Part shown: positions 52,174-64,000 of the stretch, one piece after another
Layout: each line of letters opens with the position of its first letter
How positions within the stretch are numbered: the first letter of the stretch is position 1
Assembly: GCA_973851085.1 (NCBI GenBank)
Contig: OZ316775.1
Span: 3,224,001-3,288,000, forward strand
DNA length: 64,000 nt
Reading direction: 5' to 3'
From: Ptychomitrium polyphyllum
Taxonomy: Eukaryota
Translations under genes and position numbers: made by a program
Notes under the pieces: model-generated
Databases searched by the model: none
The model's input: the letters and a program-made list of their open reading frames with translations, nothing else
Told to the model about the DNA's origin: nothing

Positions 52174-55100
52174 ATGGAGTTCATGAGGAGCACCGCAGCT
52201 GCCACTAGCAGCCCTTGCAGCATGCTCGCTAATGCTGCTCAGAAGATGAGCTCCTTGGGGGCCGTTTACCTCGAATCCCAATTGCTAGGAGATTTGACTC
52301 CGCGCTCCGCAATTTGCAGTTTCGTGAGTTTCCACTCTTCCTTCCAATTACTTTGCATTAGAAAATAGATTGGTGCAGCTCACTCCTGGGCGACATGGTA
52401 CTTCTGCTGGGTTTTGTAACATTTTAAGCTGGTGTACACTTGAAGAGTCTGTTCTGAGAGGTAGTTTAGTCGGTTTCTCATTGGCTAGCTCCGGAGTTGA
52501 TAATGAAATCCTGGTTGTGAGAGATTGTTGGGAAAATCGAAATTTGTAAGAGTTGAATAATCCATTAACCGCCTCATATATACGTTTTTATCTAGACTTG
52601 TTAGTCGAGAAAATTATTCAAAGTCGGTCGTTGCCTTCATTGGTTCAGGAGAGAACTTCAAACGCATTCCACTGGTCGTATGGATAATAGTTTTTAGGGT
52701 AGAGCCTGGTCTTCTCCTTGCTCATCTGAGTTTATCTCATGAGTTGCTCTGAATACTTTTCCAAGGAGTTAGAATCATGCCCGAATTATAAACGTGCTGT
52801 CTCTGAAGTGAAAGTATAGGTGTAGGGTTTTGCCATTTGTATATTGAAGTGGTTGGAGCAGGTCGGCTTGCTAGAGGTTTTTGAATATAGTATTGATAGG
52901 TTAGACCTTCAGCTCAGGCCCGACAGCCTTCTTGATATTGAAGGTTGGTCGCTTGTTAGGTTCATGATGTGTTTTCAGATTGTGTCGAATGAACAAGCGA
53001 TGTGGAAGTCATCCAGAGTTACTCTGCTGTATTATATGTATACGACTTAGTTAAGGTTTAGGTCACCCTGCGAATGGAGCTGGCATCTTTGCTGTTCTTT
53101 CAAGTGCCAACGCATAAAACTGAGCTGAGATAATCCCCATGAAGCTTATTTTGCCAATTTTTGGCTACACTCTTTTATATTTTTTTGGATTTAAACCAAT
53201 TACATTATGAGAAAAAATCTGTAGCATCAAACATCTGGGATTATTATACATATCAGATTTTACTGATATCAGATAAACTGGTGAAATTGGGGTCATGAAG
53301 CACTACAATAGATTAAGTCAGAAACCTGTTTCACAACCTTGTTTCGTTGACTATTCTTCATTCTGTTCTTCTGTCTGTTCCTGGTTATATCGGTAAAAAT
53401 TGAAACTTGCTTAGTGTCTTACGCGGTCTTCTTGGGTACTGTGAATATATGTATTGCAGGAACGACTATGGAATCGGAGACATATAGCCTTGCCAACTAG
53501 TGGGAAAGGTTTAAGGATAAATTGTATGAAACATGAGGAGCAACAAAGTAACAAGCGTGGAAGAGATAGGGAGCGAGAGAAAAAACATGACCGAAATGGA
53601 TTTGAAACACCATATGGCGGAGGCTTTAATGGCAATATGGAGGAGTCAGGTTTTCAGATGTCTGATTTTCCGGGCGGTGATTGGCTCTTCAAGGTCAGTC
53701 TCATGCCAACTCAAGTTCCTCAAGAGGTCATGCAATTTAGCAAGACCAGATCGTGACAACCACCACTAAATATTGTGGCTTGAGGACTGTCTCCGGACAT
53801 ACCATTCTACCCCACCTGCCCTTACCACATGAGAGAACCAATAAGCGGCTGGAATGTTTAAAACATTTGATCCCTAATTTTCATTCGTGTTCGGTTGCAG
53901 CTTGATGAAGCTGACGAGGGCCCAGATGCTCCATTCTTAGACGCCGTTGTGAAGGTGCGTAGTGTCATATGCTTGAATTGGTGTACCTAGTACTCCCTCG
54001 TCTTATGCACTTCTTCATTCTGAAACTCTTAGTTCTGAAAACTACGCGTGGTTGTAACCTGTTCCCTCTACTTCTTCACTTAGGCTTTATGGATAAATCT
54101 CAGGTTTCGTATGGATACTTTATAAATCTTTTTGGGTTTTCTAACTACTCTATGAAGGTTGGCGATGAGGTTTGCAATTTAGTGCTACATCTTGAATTTG
54201 ACGCTGTGCAGGTAGCTGCATCTGGTGCGTTCTTGGTGTTCTGCTCTTCTTTACATCATTTTCCTTTCTCTTTCTGACTTGAGGCCGTGTTTTTAATTCA
54301 GGTTTATTGTACACACACTGATCCTAATTTCTCTCTACCATGGCAAAAACGACGACAATATTCTTCTACAGGCAGGCAAGCTTACTCATCCTGTCCTTTT
54401 GAAGAAGACTTTTACCAAAAAGTTTATTGTGTGCTCCTAAGGTTCAGATTCAATGATGGCCATATTGGACAAGTAGGCAACAATTCCTTAGAACTCTGGA
54501 CTAGACTTCAATTTCTCTTATTGCATCTGTTCATAGTTGATCGTCCACATTGTGCAGCGGGTTCATGATACAGGGTAGACGATTATTGACAAACGCACAT
54601 TGTGTTGAACATCACACCCAGGTGAGTGTTGCATGTCCTCCTGATAATCAACCTTATTCATGCAGAATCAGCTGTTGATGACGATGTTGCTTTGTGGTTA
54701 AGTAACATTTCTAGTCTCTATAGGTAAAGATAGTGGTGAAAGTCTTGGGTAAGTGGTACATTACTCACACGCACTTGTTCATAACAACAGGTGAAAGTGA
54801 AAAGGCGAGGCGACGACACTAAATTCGTGGCAAATGTAAAACTTTTTGATTCAACTCTCTTCCTCAGTATTGCTGTTAATTATCTGAACAAGCATTTTCT
54901 CTTGCAAGTCTGCACTAATAGATTATGTGTACTGATATGTAGCGTATCGCCTAGAAAGTGAGACATTCTGTTCTCCGCGCAAATTTTCTTATGCCTTGTT
55001 TCTCTGTCGCCTCATATTGGGCTTACACACGAATTGCGCGTTTCAGGTTTTAGCGATAGGACCTGAATGTGATATAGCCCTCCTTTCAGTTGAGGATGAG

Positions 55101-58100
55101 GATTTTTGGAGAGGAGTGGAACCACTGCGGTTTGGGAGCCTCCCACGACTTCAGGTTGGTGCCCTGCCTGGTCATATATCGTTGACTGGGTTGCTTTGGC
55201 CTTGTATAAGATTTTCAAGGGCACGGGTTACAAGGGAAATTCAGTTGCTCTCAGTGGTTTCAGTTTTACTATTCGTCGTTTCTTTACTATTTGTGAATTT
55301 CTATACAGGATGCTGTCACTGTTGTTGGATACCCAATTGGAGGAGAATCCATATCTGTAACAAGTGGTGTTGTCTCTCGTATTGAGGCAAGAACTGGATG
55401 TACCCTTTGTATTTCATTAGTTGGAGTTAACATCATTTGAGGCGCTCATTATGCAGCTCTTTCATTTGTTGTTGTCAAGATCTTCTGATTCTGGTGCATT
55501 ATAAACAGGTGACTTCATACGTACATGGAGCATCAGAGCTTCTTGGAGTTCAGATAGATGCAGCTATCAATGCAGGTACTGTTCACGAGGGAAATACTTA
55601 TGGGTTTGGAATTAAGTGTATTCACCATGTAATTTCTATTAATGAAGACCGGAATAGCCTATTCGATGCTTTAGCTCTCGGAAAGTCTAAGGGAAGCCGA
55701 ACTGACAGAATTTCTAACTTATACGACGATGCAGCGGACTCTTATTATCTTATGAATTCCAATCTTGTTTAGGATTCATACCGTCTGTGTTCAGCAACTT
55801 TGCTTGTCGTAATGCGTTTTTCACCTTTCAACAATCATTTTGGTTGCTGGTGGTGATTATGCAGGAAATAGTGGTGGCCCAGTATTTCACAAGAATGGCG
55901 AGTGTGTTGGTATTGCGTTCCAGGTCTGTCGTCACTTCCCTTATTGCTTTCAGAATATAAATAGGTTCTTTGTTGCCTTGGGCAAGCTCGTCAAGACGCT
56001 ATCTGCAGGAAATTGACTTTGTTGACGCTCGGGTTGCAGTCTCTGAAAGGGGTTGATGCTGAGAATATTGGTTACGTCATTCCTACAACCGTCATTCACC
56101 ACTTCCTGAGTGACTACGATACAAACGGACGATACACAGGTACTCCTCAAACTCAAACAGTCACTATTTTCCAACATCTTGTGCAAATATGGATGCCCTT
56201 CTCAAGATTTTTGTGTGCATCATGTCTCGGATTTCGTGGCTTCTAAATATATCACTTGTTACTTAACGCCTGAGAAATGTGGTTTCTTGATGTGTCTACT
56301 TTCTGAATGGTTTTTCAGGTTTTCCATCCATGGGAGTGATGTGGCAAAGACTTGAAAACCCAGCATTAAGGGCTTTCCTTAAAATGCAGCCTGATCAGAA
56401 GGTTCATATTCGCACTTTGAACGACCCTAGAACATGTAGTCGATCTATCTTTGAACGCTGCTTTGGATTTACTAGGAATAGTCATGTTTGAGCTTCTTTG
56501 ATTCTATGTTTGAAGATTGCTAATTCAAAGGCTCAGGTGTAGTTTGTTCTCTAGTTCTAAATACAGGATTTTGGATATGAGCAGGGTGTCTTGGTCAGGA
56601 AAGTTGAACCTACATCTCCTTCCTTCCACGTTATCAAAGAGGTATGGTGAATTGAATCAATTGACCTACCTGATATTTATATTAAGAGTTTTATTAATCA
56701 TTATTTTTTGTTATTTTTGTCTTGTTTTGTTTCACTTTAGAAGCCGAGCATTGCTGAGTGAAAGGCATGTATGATATTGCTGCCATTTTCTCAAATTTGC
56801 AGGGTGACGTATTGTTGAGTTTCGACAATATTCCTGTGGCCAACGAAGGCACTGTTCCTTTTAGGGCAGGCGAGAGAATTTCTTTCGGGTTCTTGATCAG
56901 CCAAAAGTAACCTCCAGGACCCTGTAAATCTGCCTGTCCACTTTTGTGCTCCAGAATCCAATTGTGTCTGTCAATTGACCAGTTTGATTGAGATCTGCAT
57001 GCTCCGTGAAATAGGTTCTCAGGAGACACAGCGAATGTCAAATTGCTGCGCGATGGAAAGGTCATCGATATGCAAACAACTCTTAAGACACCAGTTCGTT
57101 TGGTATGCTACCTCCATCCCCGTCCTTTCCTCTTTAGAGAGGTGTCTGCCATCTGTTGATCTCTGACCTTGGGTACCAACATCATCTTAGTGTCCTAATG
57201 TAAGTGGAGAGTGTTTGTAGGTTCCAGTGCACATTGAAGGGAAGCTGCCATCATACTTGATTGTTGCGGGGCTTGTACTTACGCCTGTTTGCAATCCTTA
57301 CCTTGAGTACGAAGCACTCAAGTCCTTACCTTCGCAGTTTAGCCACATAGCTTTTATAACAGTATTATGGTTATAGTCCCGGAATAAATAACTAGTGTGA
57401 ACCAACTAATCAAGTTTACGACATCATCTCATTAGCAACTTGGGCAGGATTGTAGATTTTAATTCTGTACCTTTTAATTTCAGAGGAATTTGTTAAGAGC
57501 ATCTTATCGGGTTTCTATAGGCTAGTAGTGTTGCAGAACTCGGCTGGTTTCTTTAATACTACTGTTTTTGTGTGTCACAACTTGTGAAACTTGTGCGTGA
57601 CAGATCTGAGTATGGAGCGGACTTCGAATTTGATGCTCCGGTATGTTAGCCGCTAGTGTCTTGAACCCACTTCAGTTAATATTCCTGTGTTTCATGTCCT
57701 TTAGTTCTTCAGCACTTTTAATACTTTCTTACGTGGTCGTTGATGATTCGACGATTTGTTGTAACAGGTCAAAATTTTGGAGCAGGCACGGCACGGAATG
57801 GCAGAGTTTGATGACGAACAACTTATTCTAGTTTCCCAGGTATAGCAACAACTGTCAGCCTTCATCTGATAACCTCTCTGATGTCTATGTTTTGATTGCC
57901 TTGCTCCGTATTTCCAGATTAATTTTTCATCTACATTCTGACTTGAAGCTTTTTTTCTCTAAATGCTGTGTGGCCTGTGAGCAGGTTCTAGCCAATGACG
58001 TCAATATCGGTTACGAAGAGATCACGAATACTTTGGTAAACTACTCTGCATTTCCATCTCGGTTCTTTGTACCATTCTTGTTGATACGACCTTGAACAGT

Positions 58101-58593
58101 TGTAAATGACATGAATGCTGGAGTGGTTGTAAACTTCGAAATCGATTAGTAAATTCTCGATGTTAACGAGATTGTTGGACATTATTCAGGTGAAAACATT
58201 CAATGGAGTCAAGATTCGCAACCTTAGACACCTTGCACATCTTGTTGACAGTAAGTATTACTCCCGGGTTGATGTACTATTGTAGCTTTCACCTTCAAGC
58301 AGGCGTTGCTCAAGATTTTGATCGAACGAGGCCTTCTTGTTGGAACTAATTAAGTGTATCTGTGTGGCTGATTAACAGCATGTACAGACGACTTCATGAG
58401 ATTTGAACTTGATTACTGCTCCTTAGTGGTCATCGAAACAAAGGTAGCTCGGTCTGTGACCTCGAAAATTCTTGGAGACAACTGTGTGCCAGCTGATCGA
58501 TCCCAGGATCTCATGACAAGCGACGTTGTTGATGTCCAAGCCTCGTCTGCTCATGCTGGCACCTCCTTGGGGCCGGAGAATGGTGGACTATGA
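52174..58593 (+). CDS. Deg/HtrA serine protease of the DEG2/DEG9 group (closest in style to chloroplast DEG2)
   Basis: Intron-rich gene: [33 protein letters not shown] (His), ECDIALL (Asp), [13 protein letters not shown] (Ser), ENIGYVIP, followed by a PDZ-like region ([25 protein letters not shown]). The first two exons (52174-52323, 53460-53693) are less certain and look like a targeting peptide. Confidence 0.9.
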
Positions 58594-59378
58594 TTTGAAA
58601 ATTAGGAATGATAAAAGTAGAATAGCGATTCAGTTCTTTCAATGCTGGTGCTTGGGTATACCGGTTACTCTTGCATAAACCTAGAACTATTACTGGAAGA
58701 TCGATAGTTTCCAGTTCGCTGAAGAACATTTAGTGATTATGTACACTTGCTGCAAATTGTTAATTCAAAAAGATGCTGAATTCTTTGCCACTGCATTCTG
58801 TAGTATCGTGCAATGTAATCGAGCTGTGGTATGATGTATTATTAGATTTGCATTGGGGTTGCAATGTAATTTTAAAGAGTGATTTGCTGACTAAGGGATT
58901 CTGAGTATTTTGTAATATTGGCTTCTAGAGATGCTTTGCTATAGCAGGTACTCGTAGATAAACTTTACAACTAGATCTGTATAAGATTGTAACATAACAC
59001 AACGAAATTATACACATATAACAGTGCTGGATATGAAATTTTCTTCCATGTTTTTCGAAAACATTTATTAATCATTTGACAGTTTGATAGTATAACCACA
59101 TTCAGTTTACGACATTCGAGTATCAAATAGAAACATCCGTACACATTTCTGGAAGATTCAGATTGAATCATTTACAAAATATTCCGTCAAAATTATATAA
59201 TGTCATCAATTTCCAAATGCAACAAAATGTGCAAAATCACGACCACTGTAATTGTGCGACTTCACCGGCCTATTTAGCAAATCAGTTGCACATAATGTCT
59301 ACTACAATACTACAAGCACAAACTTCTAACCGAGTCTGCTAACTATACACTCAACTGTACACGCCGCAACACGGTTGC

Positions 59379-60053
59379 TTAACCTACTACTTCATAGTCC
59401 ACCAGCGTCAGGAACCCAACCATCGCCATGCGCCCGTTCCATCGCTCCGCCATCGCCGTGAACGGTCGCCCGTCCGTCGACTCCATGCTCATAATCGGCA
59501 CCAGAGACGAGTATGTAAGCACCTGCACAGCCACCGGGAAGTACAGCAGCACCGTCTGCCCGGGCCCCACGAGCTGCTCCATCACAGTGAGCCCCGTTAT
59601 CTGCTCGCACAACACGGCCCATGCAGTCCCCACCATTGCCAGGCGCCCGTTGATTTTCTCGGGCGCCGCGCTGTCAAACGCGAACAAGCTCGTGGACGAC
59701 TTGCTACCGCTCTCCGGCCGGTGGTCCACCTCGGGACGCGGGTAGAAAGACCCGAATGTGGGCTCGGTGCCCATCACCGACTTCTTTGCGGACTCGTTGC
59801 TCTCCTGGTTCTGGAGGATGGCGTCCTTCATGATGACATTCTTGGTGTTGCGGTCCGCTGCCTCCCGCACGTCAGCGATGGGGTTCTTCCCAGACTCGCA
59901 GCGCACTCTGCCTGCCAGCGATTTGGAGAACCTCGGGGAAGCCATCATCTGAGCGCCTGCGAACCTGCTGAACTACTTGGTCTGAAGCGATGGCAGGGCC
60001 TGCAGGCCGTAGTTCCTGACGACCACGGCCCTGTAGGTCATTGTCGCTGCCAT
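59379..60053 (-). pseudogene. ELIP: Early light-induced protein (ELIP, LHC-like) with a premature stop in the transit peptide
   Basis: APEKINGRLAMVG and AERWNGRMAMVGF helices. The ATG at 60053 (MAATMTYRAV...) is in frame with ORF 59948-59379 but codon 27 is TAG (59975-59973). Confidence 0.8.
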
Positions 60054-60199
60054 GATGAGGACTCTACTCTCGATCAATCAAACTGCAGCAAATCAATCTC
60101 CTACGACAAAGTGAATTGAAAAGATCTGAGGTTTTGGTAGTAGCACTATTCTGTCAAGCGAAATGTTCACGATGCTGTTTGAAAACTGCAAATGCACAA

Positions 60200-60285
60200 T
60201 AACGTGGTGCCGGGGTTTATATAGTTCTGCAGTGCCGGGGTGTGGCCAATGGTGTGGCGGTAGTAAAGAGGGTGTCGTGGCTGCT
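60200..60285 (-). promoter_or_regulatory. ELIP promoter: TATA box and ACGT/GCCAC motifs
   Basis: On the minus strand: CTATATAAA at ~60216-60224, CCACGT at ~60202-60207, GCCAC at ~60242-60246 and ~60277-60281. Confidence 0.5.
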
Positions 60286-61478
60286 ACTTTTGGTGACCAA
60301 CTGAGCAGGAAGTCCGAGTCACGGTGTTTTCTGAAACGAGCGGTACGGGGGAGGTCACTCGTGGCGACACACAGGGAGCTTTTGCTCTCACTTTTGTCGA
60401 TTTTATGAATATGGGGCAGTCGTTGTATCTCTCTCCGAGTTCGCCATCCTTTTGGGAGTCATTTGTCCGGAGACGAAAACATCATGTGTTGAAGTTCGAA
60501 TTAAAGACTCAAGGATTAAAGGATGTGACAGGATCAAGTTGGCCAAGAGTTTTCATCGGGTACGTGCGGACATGGGATATATGCGACCGTCGATTAGCAA
60601 TGGCTCGTCAGATACATGACATCGACTTAGAAAAGCTGGGAGGTATATTAAATTCCATTGAGGCAGCAACAATGGTGCAGCCAAGCTCAAGCTCCGTGTG
60701 AACTATAATTTTGATCTGTGATGAGCTTCATCTGACAGACGACTCACTACAAAACTCATACGCACCTCATTACTAGTTTGTCCAAGACCTAAAATAATTC
60801 GTTAACCTCGGGAATCATAATTTCAATAGTTGTTGATATCAGTTATTCATTTGTCGATTGGATTGTGTCATTGGTCTTGATATCATATTGTATCAACTTT
60901 AGCTTCGTCTAAAAAGATGAACCATTTGAATGAAGCAAAAGCTTATATCCCTGCTTTAAATTAAGAGATAAGCCATTTTTTAGTTTGCCGAAACTGATTT
61001 TTTCATCACTCAGATTTGCGTGCCAAAGAATAAAGACAACTACTGTGCAACGAAAAGCAAATGTTCCAACGTGTTGATGCTGGTTTAATGACGTTATAAT
61101 GACGTTCTAATGACCAGTAGATAACACACCTACTGCAGTGAAGTTTTCAAGCTAAAGGATGCAACGATTCTGAAATTCATCACTAATAGGATTTGCACTA
61201 ACGTGAAAAAGAACAAATTTACAAAACCGTAACACAATTCATGACCCGCTCTCCGAGCAGTGGCAACTATTTACAGGTGAAAATTCTGAGTTCATGAGGC
61301 AATTGTCTAATCAGAGCTTGCCTGTCTGTGAGACACTATGCTTCTATAATATACATACATGAACACGAATATTAGTGCTAATAGGCTATTTACCGATGTG
61401 TTAAAGTGCTGATTCATGTGTGCTGCACAAGTTCTGAGCCCTAAAATGAAAGTACACATCGATTCACAACTCAGCATT

Positions 61479-63568
61479 CTACAGCACAAGTTTCCGCTCC
61501 TCAGAAATCTGGAACAGTGGAGAGTAACATTTCAAAGAACTGACTTTATCCGTCTCTCTTGCGCGTGCCAACTCCTCGTTCAGATCTTTCGCTATTGACT
61601 CAAAATCTTCGGCGTCCTGATGAATGTAAACTTGCATCGGTACTTCTTGAGTTCTAGGATCAGCATGTGGACAATTGATGCGTTGATGCTCAAGCTCCTC
61701 TAGACGCTGTTGCTCCTTTCTGATAAACTCGTCAATCTTGGCTTCTTCCGTCCTTGAACGATGAACCTGGTTAAGTAGACGATAGTCAACCCCACACTGT
61801 CTGCACTGCTCCCGCCCAGTATGTACCTGGCAATACCATATACCCTTGCAGCTGTAAACACCGTTAACCACTCTACCTTCATCAGGATCCTGCGCACATG
61901 ACCATATAATATACAAATTTTATGGAACATAACTTGCGAAATTGAAATGATTAAACTTATTAATGAGCATCGCAAAACTGGCAGCAGCATAAGAGCATAC
62001 ACATGTCAAGCGCATGACATTCTCCAAGAAGCTGACAAACCTTAGTTATAAACCTTCCACTTGCAAAAGTATATTTGCAATAAGTGAAAATCAATCATGA
62101 TTACTATCATCACTTTCCCTAACGGCATCAGCTGCTTCGAAGTGCACGGCAAAGTTGATAGCAGGAAAAAAGAAAGAAGAGAATGTTCCCAAAAACAATT
62201 TCTGCATGAATTCAACAAGCATAGGAAGATTGGTCTTGTAAGTACCTTAAAAAGAATACTTTCTTTTTCATCACGGTCAACCCTATCTAGAGCTTCCTTC
62301 ACATCTGCCATAAGATTGTTTCTTAAAGACCGCGGCCCTGACGAAGCACTGTTCTCAGTTGCAAAGTTCGAAGATGTATGGGAACAAGACAAAGTACTTT
62401 CTGCTTCTCCATTCTCAAACATCTGCAATAGTGCCTTCGCTTGTTCATGCATGATTACAACCTGAGGAAGTCGGAAATAGCGCTCCATGATCCGCTCGCA
62501 CATGTATACACATTTCTTAAGCAAACTTCGTGTATCTATAGCAGACTTATTATCATACACGACTTGAAAAATGCTTAGAAGCTCAAGCATCTCCGACCGC
62601 AACTCAGGATCAGGAGGGGCAAGGTCCAGAGATGACGCAGAATGCAAACCATTCTGGAACAGAGACGAAGAAGAAGCTTCCCCAAAATCATCTGTAATGA
62701 ACTTCTGTGACTCACTATTGCCGCTTTGATCGATCACCTCCGCTACCAGCGTCTGACTGGCGACAGATTGCGAAGTCTTCTGCCTGCTTTCAAACACTCC
62801 ATCCCATACCGAAAAATCTGCAAAACCATTGTTGTACTCGTACAAACGTCCATAGTCATCGAATTCTTGGAAACCGCCGGTTCCCTGCGCAAACGTCAAC
62901 AATATGAGCTACGATTTGCCCCAATGAGCTCATCAATTTCTTAACAACATTCCAACAGAAAGAAAATCAACGAACTTACACGTTACAACATGAAAACATC
63001 AGAGGGTTCAAGCACTGCTTATTTCATTGCAGTCATCGACGAATCAAAGAAGCCAACTTCGTAAACTGACCAATCACACACGATCAACCACCAAGTTGAA
63101 GCTCTAAACCCTCCTTCTTCCAAACTTGGCTCACCTCTTTGCTTATTTAGACAATGAGTAACAAGTTCAGTATCAATAAGATCTCTACCATACAATGCTC
63201 AACAGGATGAAAGTAGGATAAAACACTCACAAACTTGGCTGAGATTTTGGCGTCGAAGTGAAATAAGCTTGATTTTCAGCGTACTTCACTTCAAGGCAAA
63301 AATTTCTGCCAAATCCCTTCAACCAATCACAAGGCCTCCAACTACCTTAAAGTATCTATCAGAATCAGCCAACTCCACTTCGATCAAGACACAAGCAATA
63401 TTTGAAACCCGTGCTGACAAGCAACAGAAAAAACACCAACCGCACAGTTAAGTGCGCTATCATCAGTCAACTCCCAAGCATAGAGTAGAAACAAGAAGCC
63501 ACACGACTCACCTCATCAGCATCGTCCTCCAACATATCCGCAAAGGCGGCCAGCGAGCTGTCCTCCAT
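61479..63568 (-). CDS. Protein of unknown function with a CxxH-x5-CxxC putative zinc-binding motif
   Basis: In-phase GT-AG exons 63568-63512 (MEDSSLAAFADMLEDDADE), 62884-62246 and 61889 to about 61479; motif WYCQVHTGREQCRQCGVDYRLLN followed by a coiled-coil-like stretch. 3' end uncertain (possible donor near 61543). Confidence 0.65.
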
Positions 63569-64000
63569 GAGGCTCCTGTGAAACACCGGTCGAACGAAAA
63601 CAATCCGCTTCCTCAGGCCTTCCTGCAGCTGCCCTTGCCTTTACCCTAAACCTTGAAACCCTAGCAGCAAACCCTTGTGGCGCAATCAGTACTAAGCAGT
63701 GCAGGCGCTGCACGGACACCAGGCAGCGTAATGGAATGGATGCGGGCCTTACAGTGCGTTCAAATTCGGAACGGTTGGCGGTGGCGCTGTCTCACCAGAC
63801 GTGAGTTGAGTCACTAAAGCCCTGCCAAGGGGCGCCAATTCAGCAGCTGGGCTCTGCCCTGGTGGAGTACGATCTTCCACGGCAAGTGCAAGGCACCGTG
63901 GTGGCTGCCATGGTGACTTAATTGGGAGAGCAGCGCCGGAATGGTGGACAGGACTAGTGTGGCGTTTGGCGCCATCGAGGATCCCTTCCCAAAAGATTCC

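Noticed and set aside
1..64000. tRNA, rRNA, CRISPR arrays or prokaryotic operons
   Set aside because: None seen by eye; the sequence is spliced eukaryotic DNA. A covariance-model scan would be needed to exclude small RNAs.

Overview
This is eukaryotic nuclear DNA from a land plant, most likely a moss of the Physcomitrium type (inferred from gene content, intron style, a chromodomain-bearing Ty3/Gypsy element and AT-rich gene deserts). From left to right it holds: a degraded spliced gene fragment; a decayed chromoviral Ty3/Gypsy element with only one LTR; DPH2; an intronless double-AP2 transcription factor; a CCT-motif gene; an ~8 kb AT-rich desert; and a ~14.5 kb palindrome. The palindrome has two apparently identical 4.6 kb arms (29252-33853 and 39190-43791), each with a complete ubiquilin/DSK2 gene, around a 5.3 kb unique AT-rich spacer with a divergent ZAT-like zinc-finger gene. 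After it come NDUFAF5, mnmA/TRMU, a DEG2/DEG9-family protease, an ELIP gene with an in-frame stop in its transit peptide, and an unknown gene. The palindrome is the most striking structure: the arms match through introns and 3' flank, are much GC-richer than neighbouring genes, have different upstream promoters, and show decayed similarity just beyond the sharp inner boundaries. This suggests an old duplication maintained by arm-to-arm gene conversion, with a potentially invertible spacer. Exon boundaries were read by eye; no database searches were run.
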